DNA from: Pseudomonadota bacterium
GTDB taxonomy: Bacteria; Myxococcota; JACRCW01; JAFGSX01
DNA length: 54,339 nt
Direction of reading: 5' to 3'
Assembly: GCA_043821645.1 (NCBI GenBank)
Contig: JBDRCO010000119.1
Coordinates: forward strand, 1 to 54,339
Both the position numbers and the translations under genes were made by a program. The notes under the pieces were generated by a model, which saw only the letters and a list, made by a program, of their open reading frames with translations, did no database searches and had not been told where the DNA came from. Shown here in pieces: positions 40,203 through 49,675 of the stretch; the first letter of the stretch is position 1, and each line of letters opens with the position of its first letter.

Positions 40203-41696
40203 TCACGGTGCGGGATGGGTGACACTGGCCAGGTAATCCTGGGCCACGCGATCGCCGTCGAGACCCAGGTGCTTGGCGAACTGTTGCACGAAGCCTCGCA
40301 GGTAAACCCGAGCCGGGAAGGCTGCAGCGTTGTTGTCCTCGATGGCCTGCAGCTTGTCCCGGGGGATGCGCGTGCTCGCGGAGATCTGTTCCAGACTCCA
40401 GCCCCGGGCCAGACGGATCGCCCGCAACGCCGCACCATCGTAGCCGCCGTCGAGGACAGGGGGGGGCACGACGGGGGCACCAGGCGGTGGGGAGGACGTC
40501 GCGGCAGTGGCAGGCAGAACATTCGCCGAGGTGGCCGCGATGGCTGTCTCCACGGCTGGCAGGACAGGCAGGGGCGCAGGGCGCGTTGCCGCAACGGGCC
40601 GTGGCGTCGGGGCGGATGCGGGCCTCGGGGTGGGTTCCGGGCGCGGTGTGGACACAGGTGCGGGGCTTCCTGCCGCGGGCGAGGTGGAACCCAGCACGGC
40701 ACGGAGGCCACGCTGCAGGGTCCCGCGCACCCCGCGGCCGGTGGATTCCGCTGTCAGGGCCGTGGCCACGTCCTCGATGGCGCGCGCCGCCCGGCTTGTT
40801 GGGCTGTCCACCAGCAAGGGGCGTCGCCGGCGCAGGGTCTGCCACACGACCTCGTCATGGGGCACGCTGCCCAGCAAAACCAGATCGAGCCCGAGCAGGC
40901 GCTGCACGGCGTGGTGAACGCGTTCACCCAGACGGCGGTCATCGGCCTCGTGGGTCTGGTTGACCACCAGCGACGGCCGAAACCGCGCCATCTCGTCCGC
41001 CACCACACGGCCTGCGTCCTCGTCGATGCTGCGGACGGTTTCGAGCAGCTCGCGGGGGGTGCTCAGTCCCCGCGCGTTGAACTCCACCACGGCCTGCTCC
41101 AGCAGGGAGCGCAGCCCGTAGGTTCGCTGCACGGTGCGTAGCAGGCGCAGGTAGGCCGCCTTGAGAAAGCGAAAGGCGTTCTCCTCCGACGTCGGCTCCG
41201 GTGTGATGACGAGGATGCCGTGCTGCGCGAACAAAAAGAAGTCGAGCACGTTGAAGGTCGTCCCCGCACCCAGATCGATGATCAGGTCGTCACACTCCAG
41301 CTTGCCCAGTGCCCGCAGGATGCGCACTTTCTGCTGATGTGCGGGGTTGCCGGCATCCAGGGTGTCGCGGGCACCCGAGATCAGGCTCAGGTTCCACAGC
41401 GCCGTGGGGGTGACGAGGTCGTTCAGAGAGGCAACCGAGCGCTGGATGAAATGCGACAGCGAGCGCTGTGGCGCGTCGAGGCCCAGGCAGGTGTGCAGGT
41501 TGGCGCCACCGAGGTCCGCGTCGACGGCGATCACCCGTTGTCCGGATCTCGCCAGCGCGATGGCCAGGTTGGCGGTGATCAGGCTCTTGCCGACACCGCC
41601 CTTGCCTCCTCCCACCGCGATGATGCGCTTCGGACCTGCCACGGCGTCTCCTGCTACGCCACGGGTTACTCGCTCGCGGGGAGCCTCGATGGCCAA
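40203..41696 (-). CDS. MinD/FlhG-like P-loop ATPase fused to a C-terminal RodZ-type HTH
   Basis: GGKGGVGKS deviant Walker A, DADLGGANLH, DLGAGT, TPEPTS; Pro-rich linker; LRAIRLARGWSLEQIS...VYLRGFV..FAKHLGLD. Confidence 0.88.
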   Translation of the reverse strand: MAIEAPRERVTRGVAGDAVAGPKRIIAVGGGKGGVGKSLITANLAIALARSGQRVIAVDADLGGANLHTCLGLDAPQRSLSHFIQRSVASLNDLVTPTALWNLSLISGARDTLDAGNPAHQQKVRILRALGKLECDDLIIDLGAGTTFNVLDFFLFAQHGILVITPEPTSEENAFRFLKAAYLRLLRTVQRTYGLRSLLEQAVVEFNARGLSTPRELLETVRSIDEDAGRVVADEMARFRPSLVVNQTHEADDRRLGERVHHAVQRLLGLDLVLLGSVPHDEVVWQTLRRRRPLLVDSPTSRAARAIEDVATALTAESTGRGVRGTLQRGLRAVLGSTSPAAGSPAPVSTPRPEPTPRPASAPTPRPVAATRPAPLPVLPAVETAIAATSANVLPATAATSSPPPGAPVVPPPVLDGGYDGAALRAIRLARGWSLEQISASTRIPRDKLQAIEDNNAAAFPARVYLRGFVQQFAKHLGLDGDRVAQDYLASVTHPAP

Positions 41697-41823
41697 CTCT
41701 CCGTCAGGACACCGGACGCTCCCTTCTCCATGTAAGCACTCCGCGGAGGCAGCTCCAATTTTTCAACCCCTTGGTGTGCGAGGCACCCGCAAACCCAGGC
41801 CGCGTGCTGGTGTCGAATCGGCC

Positions 41824-43230
41824 TCAGTGGGAGCCAGGATCCCCCGACGCATCGGGCGCAGAGATGCCGGAGAGCAGGGCTTCGATGACGATGTCGTCAT
41901 GTTCCAGCGCCAGGGTGCGCGGATGGATCCACAGGGCGCCGTCCGCGACACGACCGATCACCGGTGGGTCGTGGTCCCGCAGGACACGGGCCAGTCCGTC
42001 CTCGTCGACACCTTCGACCCGCACCGCCCAACCTGGGAGTTCGGTCAGCGGCGAGGCTCCGCCACCCACGCGATCCACGCAGGCACAGGCCTGTGCATTC
42101 AGGCCAGGACGGGCAGCGACCAGAGCTGCCGCCATGACCTCGGCTCGACGCTGTAGCACCGGGGTGGGGGTGGAGATCGCGCGCGCGACCGGGACGAGCA
42201 GGGGATCGTCGCGCCACAGACGCAGGGTTGCGACCAGGGCCGCCAGGCACAGCTTGTCCGGACGCAGGGCGCGCATCAGCGGGTGTTGACGGATGCGCTG
42301 TATCCACTCGGCGCGGCCGACCAGCAAACCAGCCTGGGGGCCGCCCAGCAGCTTGTCGCCGGAGAAGGTCACCAGATCCGTGCCTTCGGCGACAGCCCGG
42401 GCCACGGTCGGCTCCCCGGCCAGGGCATCGAGGCTGCGCAGGCAACCGGAACCCGCGTCATACATCAGGGGCAGGCCGTGCGCCTTCGCCAGGCTCGACA
42501 GTTCCGGCAGCGACACCTCCGCCGTGAAGCCCACCACCGCGAAGTTGGATCGATGGACCTTGAGCACAAGCGCGCTGTGCTCACCCAGGGCTCGGGCGTA
42601 GTCCTCGCGATGCGTGCGATTAGTGGTGCCGACCTCGACAAGAAGGGCTCCCGACTGTCGCATGACGTCCGGAATGCGAAAGCCTCCCCCGATCTCCACC
42701 AGTTCACCACGGCTGACCACGACCTCGCGGCCCGTGGCCAGGGCGGACAGGGCCAGCAGCACCGCCGCGGCATTGTTGTTGACCACGGCGGCATCTTCGG
42801 CGCCGGTGAGCTCGGCGAGCAGGGCCGTGGCGTGGTGGTGACGGCTGCCCCGGCTTCCGGCGGCGAGGTCGTACTCCAGCGTGCTGTAGCCGCGGGCCAC
42901 CGCGAGGAGGGCCTCGATCGCAACCCCGGCCAGGGGCGCACGTCCCAGGTTGGTGTGCACCACCACACCGGTGGCGTTGAGGACAGGTCGCAAGCTGTCG
43001 CGCGCCGAGCGCGTCGCGTGCTCGACGATGTCAACAAGGTCCAGGGAGGCGTCCTCTCCCTCCAGGATGCGGTGCCGGGTCTGCTCCACCGCGTCGCGCA
43101 GGAGCTGTGTCAGGGCATCGTGGCCGAGGCGGGGTGCGAGGGCCGCGATGGCGGGCTGCTGCAGGAGCTCGCCGATGGAGGGCAGGGCGCGGAGCCGCTC
43201 CTGCGTGACCTTGGTGTCCGCGGCGCTCAT
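41824..43230 (-). CDS. selA: L-seryl-tRNA(Sec) selenium transferase
   Basis: NATGVVVHTNLGRAPL, VNNNAAA, SRGELVEIGGGFRIPD, EVGTTNRT, FSGDKLLGGPQAG. Confidence 0.96.
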   Translation of the reverse strand: MSAADTKVTQERLRALPSIGELLQQPAIAALAPRLGHDALTQLLRDAVEQTRHRILEGEDASLDLVDIVEHATRSARDSLRPVLNATGVVVHTNLGRAPLAGVAIEALLAVARGYSTLEYDLAAGSRGSRHHHATALLAELTGAEDAAVVNNNAAAVLLALSALATGREVVVSRGELVEIGGGFRIPDVMRQSGALLVEVGTTNRTHREDYARALGEHSALVLKVHRSNFAVVGFTAEVSLPELSSLAKAHGLPLMYDAGSGCLRSLDALAGEPTVARAVAEGTDLVTFSGDKLLGGPQAGLLVGRAEWIQRIRQHPLMRALRPDKLCLAALVATLRLWRDDPLLVPVARAISTPTPVLQRRAEVMAAALVAARPGLNAQACACVDRVGGGASPLTELPGWAVRVEGVDEDGLARVLRDHDPPVIGRVADGALWIHPRTLALEHDDIVIEALLSGISAPDASGDPGSH

Positions 43231-43299
43231 GATCTGTTTATAGGACCGATCGGGCGTCCGGGCGAGAAAGCCGCTCGCGATTCGCGCAGGGGACCGGGC

Positions 43300-43653
43300 T
43301 CAATCAGGTGGCATGCAGGCTGAATCACTGGCGGTACCGCCGCACACAAAGCTGCCGCCACCGCGGCACTCGCTCTGATCCAGGCGCTGTTGTGCCCAGA
43401 TGGCGTCGTCGTCATCGCAGCGCGTCAGGGCCGTGCGCTCGGCCTCGGGCACGGCGACCGGAGAGGCCAGAAAGGCCTGCTCCGACGCGCAGGCCTCGTC
43501 GATGCTGCTTTGCGGACGGGTCGTGCTTGGCGTCGCACCCGCGCACCAGCACTCCATCCAGGTGCGCGCCAACTGCTCGCACGGCGTGGGCTCACAGGCG
43601 ATGAGGACACACAGGACCATCCCGAGAAAAACCGCCAGGATGTTCCGGTTCAT
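43300..43653 (-). CDS. Small Cys-containing lipoprotein, hypothetical
   Basis: LIAC lipobox; 4-bp overlap with the upstream gene. Confidence 0.65.
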   Translation of the reverse strand: MNRNILAVFLGMVLCVLIACEPTPCEQLARTWMECWCAGATPSTTRPQSSIDEACASEQAFLASPVAVPEAERTALTRCDDDDAIWAQQRLDQSECRGGGSFVCGGTASDSACMPPD

Positions 43654-44369
43654 GACTTGGGGACTGCCTTGATCAAGGCCTTGCCGCTCTTGATCACCAC
43701 CTTGAACTCGACGTCGGCGTTGTGCTGACTCGACATCGTGGTGGCGCGTTCCTTGAGTTGCTTGCCCAGGGACTCCATCGACACCTTGGTCGATTCACCG
43801 GTGCGCTTGCGAGCCATGACGTAGGTGTCGTAGATGCGCTTGACGTCATCGTCGGACAGACCTGTCGACGCGGGCTTCCGGGTCGGCGCCGCAGCGCGCG
43901 CTGGAGCCGGCTTCTCCTTCTCGGTCTCACCGGCGGACTGTTGCTCGCGGAGCTTGGCGTCGCTCTCGAGCTTCTTGGCACGCCGCTTGGCCTTGGTCAC
44001 ATCACGGTGGTAGGTGCCCTCCTCGATCTGCTTGATGGTCCGGCCCCACAGCTGATCGTAGGACGTGAAGCGCTGGTACGAGGTATTGAGCTTGAACAGG
44101 ATGTTGGTCTTGACGCCGCCCGTGTCGCTGCGCAGCTTCATGATGCTGCGGCGCAGGTCCTCGCGCTCCTTCTCGGGGAGCTGTCGTTCCAGACCCAGGA
44201 AGTACATCTCGAACATCCGATGAACCTCGACGAGACGGACGTCGAAAGCCGCGATGCCGCGCAGGATCTCTTCGTTGCGCTGGACGATCTTGTTGGAGAT
44301 GCGGTCCGAGGCGGACTGCACCTGCTTCTTCACGTAATTCTTGCCGAGATTCTTGTTGTCGACTGCCAT
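43650..44369 (-). CDS. MXAN_5187 C-terminal-domain-like protein
   Basis: FEMYFLGLERQLP...QIEEGTYHRD; IYDTYVMARKRTGES...VEFKVVIKSGKALIKAVPK. Start at MAVDNK. Confidence 0.8.
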   Translation of the reverse strand: MAVDNKNLGKNYVKKQVQSASDRISNKIVQRNEEILRGIAAFDVRLVEVHRMFEMYFLGLERQLPEKEREDLRRSIMKLRSDTGGVKTNILFKLNTSYQRFTSYDQLWGRTIKQIEEGTYHRDVTKAKRRAKKLESDAKLREQQSAGETEKEKPAPARAAAPTRKPASTGLSDDDVKRIYDTYVMARKRTGESTKVSMESLGKQLKERATTMSSQHNADVEFKVVIKSGKALIKAVPKS

Positions 44370-44576
44370 GCTGTGCCGCCCTGTCCCGTGACGACCGCGG
44401 GCTCCCCCGGAGTCGTGCGGGCTTCCCTGGCAACCTACCAGAAGGCCCCGGGTCTCGCCAATCACTGGACGACGCAACCAGGTCTTGCGCTGGCCCTGGG
44501 GCGCGTGCACTGCTTGCGCTGCGGGCCAGGTCACGACCCTATCCCTGGGGACCACCGCAGCAACCCCGGAGGCTTC

Positions 44577-45605
44577 ATGTCCGACGCCACACACCTTCCG
44601 CTCCTCGAGCAGGCTTACGAGGCGCTCGCGGACGGGGACCTGGAACAGCTGGAGCAGATGGTCGCCACCCTCACCGCACAAGCCCCGGATGACGACGAGG
44701 TCATGGCCCTGCGCGCCGAGGTCTTGCTGGCCCAGGACAAGGCCGATGAGGCCCTCGACCTGCTCGAGACGGCGATCCAGGCGCAGGCGCGATCGCCGCA
44801 GCTCCTGGCCGAACGCGCCAGCATCCTGCTCGACGCGTGCGAGGATCCCCTCGCGGCCCGGACCGACCTGGAGCGCGCCCTGCTGCTTGCCCCGAGCCCT
44901 GAGCTCGAGGCCGACCTTCGCCTCATGCACGCGGAGTGCTGCCTGCAACTGCAGGACCCCCGGGCGGCTCTCGACACGGCCCAGGCCGCCGCCCGGCTGT
45001 TTCCGGACGCCGCCGAACCCGAGCATGCGGTGGCGCAGTCCCTGTTCGATCTACATCGCTTCGACGAGGCGAGCCTCTCCGTGGCGCGCGTCATAGACCG
45101 CGACCCGCGCTACGCGCCTGCGTATTTCTTGCGCGCCGAGATCCTCGACATCGCCGGCGACTCCTGGGGCGCGCAAAAGGCCCTGGACCGGGCGCGAGCC
45201 CTGGACCCCGAGGGCTTTCCGGCCTCGCCAGCCCTCACCGAGCAGGACTTCGAGACCATCGTGGCCGAGGCCCTGGACGAGCTCCCCGACAGCATTGCCA
45301 GCTACCTGCGCAACGTCGCCATCCTCGTCGACGAACGGCCCGACCTCGAGACCCTGCGCGCCAGCGATCCACCGCTGTCACCGGCCTGCCTGGGGCTGTT
45401 CGAGGGCACACCGCGCCCCGCGGAGTCGGTCGAGGATCCCTGGAGTACCTTCCCAAAGGCCGTCCGCCTGTACCGCAACAACATCATGCGGACCTGCGCC
45501 TCCCGCGACGAGGTCGTCGATCTGGTGGCCAGCACCTTGCTCCATGAGATCGGGCATTTTTTGGGCCTCGACGAGGATGACCTGATCGAGCGCGGGCTCC
45601 AGTAA
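44577..45605 (+). CDS. TPR-repeat protein with C-terminal minimal zincin (Zincin_1) metallopeptidase
   Basis: GGAGG RBS; TPR-like helices; FE.IV.EALDELP...LGLFEG...LYRNNI...TLLHEIGHFLGLDEDDL. Confidence 0.88.
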   Translation: MSDATHLPLLEQAYEALADGDLEQLEQMVATLTAQAPDDDEVMALRAEVLLAQDKADEALDLLETAIQAQARSPQLLAERASILLDACEDPLAARTDLERALLLAPSPELEADLRLMHAECCLQLQDPRAALDTAQAAARLFPDAAEPEHAVAQSLFDLHRFDEASLSVARVIDRDPRYAPAYFLRAEILDIAGDSWGAQKALDRARALDPEGFPASPALTEQDFETIVAEALDELPDSIASYLRNVAILVDERPDLETLRASDPPLSPACLGLFEGTPRPAESVEDPWSTFPKAVRLYRNNIMRTCASRDEVVDLVASTLLHEIGHFLGLDEDDLIERGLQ

Positions 45606-45632
45606 AAAAAACCGGCGGCACGTGGCCGCCGG
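45604..45632 (-). terminator. Intrinsic terminator downstream of rho
   Basis: 8-bp stem ccggcggc/gccgccgg with a 5-nt loop, preceded on + by an A8 run (U-tract on -). Confidence 0.8.
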
Positions 45633-45658
45633 CTCAAAAACCAGGTTGTCGACGAGGC

Positions 45659-47005
<1,347 letters not shown>

Positions 47006-47301
47006 TCACCCTTGGCGCTCTGCGCGCCGCTACGCCCGTTGCGGGTCGTCGTTAGATGGTGTGCTGGACAGCACACCGGGATCGTCATCTTGACTTTCTC
47101 TCTGCGTCTCGTCCGGGTCACGCCAACCAACAGCGGTTTGGTCGCTGTGGGGGGCGCTCGCCTCCAGAGTTCAAGACTGGCGTGGTCGAATCCTCGTTGA
47201 TCGTCGTCGGAGCTGAGGGACTCACACCGGGGTGGTCTGGGGTCCCGTATGTCCGGCCCTGTCTGGCACCGTCGAGATCGAGTCCATCAGGGTGTGGACA
47301 T

Positions 47302-47330
47302 TCGATAGCGACGGCTCCGTGCTTTGTCAA
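47302..47330 (-). promoter_or_regulatory. Putative sigma70 promoter of rho
   Basis: Minus strand TTGACA-17 nt-TATCGA, about 295 nt upstream of the rho start; the -10 element is imperfect. Confidence 0.5.
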
Positions 47331-47457
47331 GAACTACCGGCGAAAGATCGGATTGCGAGAGCTCCCGGCGAGCCCGTGGCCAGGCGCCCGGGTCGCCCCG
47401 AAACTCTTGCCAGCCCGGTACGTGATCGCCATGATCCTCAATCTGGGGAGGAACGTC

Positions 47458-47745
47458 ATGGCAGATCAGGATCTGGTCCAGGTGCACCTGCGCATCACCG
47501 GGCGGGTGCAGGGGGTGTGCTACCGGGCGAATGCCTGCGAGCAGGCGAAGGCCATGGGTTTGCGCGGCTGGGTGCGCAATCGCATCGACGGCAGCGTCGA
47601 GGCCATGGCCTTGGGAACACCACACAATATCGAGGCCTTCGTGACGTGGTGCGGTCAGGGGCCGAGCGCTGCTCAGGTCCAGCAGGTTGCCGTGCGCCAG
47701 GTCACGCCTGTCGAGGAGTGCCTCCCTTTCGAGGTCAGGTACTGA
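47458..47745 (+). CDS. acyP: Acylphosphatase
   Basis: GRVQGVCYR, GWVRNRIDGSVE, GPSAA.V, FEVRY; GGAGG RBS. Confidence 0.93.
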   Translation: MADQDLVQVHLRITGRVQGVCYRANACEQAKAMGLRGWVRNRIDGSVEAMALGTPHNIEAFVTWCGQGPSAAQVQQVAVRQVTPVEECLPFEVRY

Positions 47746-47810
47746 CAGCGCTGTCGTGGTTTTTAAACTTCCTTTCTTGCTGTAATTATTGAACATTTTA
47801 TTCAAGCAAC

Positions 47811-47850
47811 GCCGCGAAGCGGGCGCGGTCGCCACTTCGGGCCTTTTTTT
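47811..47850 (+). terminator. Probable intrinsic terminator downstream of acyP
   Basis: Interrupted GC stem (gcc/ggc, cgaag/cttcg, ggcg/cgcc) followed by T7. Confidence 0.6.
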
Positions 47851-47962
47851 ATCCCACCTCTGACAGGGATGTCCGGATTTCGCACCCAGGCCGATCTCCG
47901 GCCAGGGGCCGCTTTGTTTCTTAACGCATGTAGTAAAACAGAAATATCATAAATAGTTTGCC

Positions 47963-47978
47963 TGGCCCGAGCCTTGCT
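47963..47978 (+). promoter_or_regulatory. Sigma54 (-24/-12) promoter
   Basis: TGGCCCG-AGCC-TTGCT versus consensus TGGCACG-N4-TTGCW (one mismatch, exact spacing), with an AT-rich tract immediately upstream. Confidence 0.75.
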
Positions 47979-47987
47979 TTAAGGGAC

Positions 47988-48098
47988 GCCATCAAGTGAT
48001 GGCATGCGGTGTCACCCCGGTGCACCGTCGTTCGAGATGAAATTTAAAAGATGGTGATGGAATAGAAAGCCCCGGCCTCGGCCGGGGTTTTCGTTTTT
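47988..48098 (+). ncRNA. Candidate ~110-nt sigma54-dependent small RNA (three stem-loops)
   Basis: Begins at the predicted +1 with hairpin gccatc-aagt-gatggc; second hairpin 48007-48027; purine/AU-rich linker; ends in a terminator. Confidence 0.6.
48065..48098 (+). terminator. Strong intrinsic terminator
   Basis: 12-bp stem gaaagccccggc/gccggggttttc (one G-U pair), ctcg loop, then gttttt. Confidence 0.85.
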
Positions 48099-48198
48099 GG
48101 ACTCCCGGCTCGGAACGCCTGGCGTGGGCGGCGGATCACCCGGCATCTGCGGCGACCGCTTTCTTCGCCACTCTCCCCGGTCCGGCTACATTGTATCC

Positions 48199-49647
48199 AT
48201 GAGTCTGGCTGGCATCGCGGGTGTGCTGGGGGCGCTGCTCTGCGCCCAGAGCGAGGCCGCGCGCACCGGACCCGACGCCGTCGGCAAGCCCTGGGGGCGA
48301 ACGCCGGGCATGCACCAGTTTCGCGGCAACCCCAGCCACACCTGGTACGGCCAGGGCCCAGTGCCGGATCACCCTGTCGTGCTGTGGCGCTTTCCGCGCA
48401 CCGAGCGCATGTGTTCCCAGTCCGCGGTGGGCACGCAGGACAAGCGCTGGTGTGGCACGGGCTGGACAGGGCAACCGGTGCTGCGCGAGCTCGCCGATGG
48501 TCGCCACGAGGTCATCGTCGGGACCTTTGACAAGAGAGTGATCTTTCTCGACGGCGGCACCGGCGTGCGCACGCGCCCTGACTTCAAGGCGCACGACCTG
48601 GTCAAGGGTACGGTCAGTCTCGACCCCGATGGTTATCCGCTGCTGTATTTCGGCTCGCGGGACAACAAGCTGCGCGTGGTCGCCCTGGACAGGCCCCGGC
48701 CCACGGAGCTGTGGGCGCTGGACTCGAACGACTACCCCGGCCTGCACAACAACGACTGGGATGCCAATCCGAGTGTCGTCGACGATCTGCTCATCGAGGG
48801 CGGTGAGAACAGCTACCTGTTCACCGTGATGCTCCACCGCAGCCTCGACGCGGGGGGCCTGGCGCAGGTGCAGCCCGAGGTCAAGCTGGTGTACCCGGGC
48901 TGGACCCCTGAGCTGCTCGCCGAGCTTGGCGATCACAATGTCAGCATCGAGAACTCGCCCGCGGTGTTCGGCGACCGCATCTACTTCGCCAACTCCGGGG
49001 GCCGCATCGTGGGCCTCAACCTCGCCGCGGCGCGCGAGGGACGGGCCCAGGTCGAGTTCGATTTCTGGATAGGCGACGACGTCGACGCCAGCATCGTGGT
49101 CGACGCCCAGGGCATGCTGTATGTGGCGGCCGAGCTCGAGCGAAAGATCGCCCGGCCGCGCCAGGTCGGGCAGCTGGCCAAGCTGGATCCCTCGCGACCG
49201 CAGGATCCCCTGGTGTGGCGCCTGTTCGTGCCGGCCCTGGCCGGGGATCCGCGCGGCGGCGGCATCTGGTCGACCCCCGCCTTGCACCGCGACGTGCTGT
49301 ACGTGACCACGCAGTCGGGCAAGCTGCTGGTGGTGGACAGGGACACCGGGCACGTGCAGTGGTGGCAGACCCTGTCCAGTCACCTGTGGTCGTCACCGGT
49401 GGTGGTCGACGACACCTTGCTGGTCGCCACCTGCCAGGACGGAAAGATCCACGCCTACGATGTGAGCGAGCCCAGGACACCGAAGCCGCGCTGGGTGGTC
49501 AAGGTGGGCTGGGGCGGCTGCATCGAGAGCACGCCTCTGGTGTACAAGGGGCGCATCTACGTCGGAACCTGGGATGGCTTCGTGTACGCCCTGGGTGAGC
49601 GCACCGTGGCGCGGCGTCCAGCGGCGTCGAAGAAGAACAAGCGATGA
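48199..49647 (+). CDS. Secreted PQQ-like (BamB-type) beta-propeller protein
   Basis: Signal peptide; FRGN...YG; repeats IENSPAV, IWSTPAL, LWSSPVVV, IESTPLVYKGRIYVGTWDG. Confidence 0.85.
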   Translation: MSLAGIAGVLGALLCAQSEAARTGPDAVGKPWGRTPGMHQFRGNPSHTWYGQGPVPDHPVVLWRFPRTERMCSQSAVGTQDKRWCGTGWTGQPVLRELADGRHEVIVGTFDKRVIFLDGGTGVRTRPDFKAHDLVKGTVSLDPDGYPLLYFGSRDNKLRVVALDRPRPTELWALDSNDYPGLHNNDWDANPSVVDDLLIEGGENSYLFTVMLHRSLDAGGLAQVQPEVKLVYPGWTPELLAELGDHNVSIENSPAVFGDRIYFANSGGRIVGLNLAAAREGRAQVEFDFWIGDDVDASIVVDAQGMLYVAAELERKIARPRQVGQLAKLDPSRPQDPLVWRLFVPALAGDPRGGGIWSTPALHRDVLYVTTQSGKLLVVDRDTGHVQWWQTLSSHLWSSPVVVDDTLLVATCQDGKIHAYDVSEPRTPKPRWVVKVGWGGCIESTPLVYKGRIYVGTWDGFVYALGERTVARRPAASKKNKR

Positions 49648-49675
49648 TGCGCGGGCGCGGGCCGAGGGGTGCTGC

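Noticed and set aside
43722-45026. Apparent large overlap of ORFs 43722-45605 (+) and 43650-45026 (-)
   Set aside because: True starts are most likely 44577 (+) and 44369 (-), giving ordinary divergent genes.
47129-47200. tRNA(Sec)-like look: ccag-agttcaaga-ctgg containing TCA, then ggtcgaatcc, near selA
   Set aside because: No acceptor stem, long variable arm or proper T-stem; arm spacing is incompatible with a tRNA. Better explained as rho leader structure.
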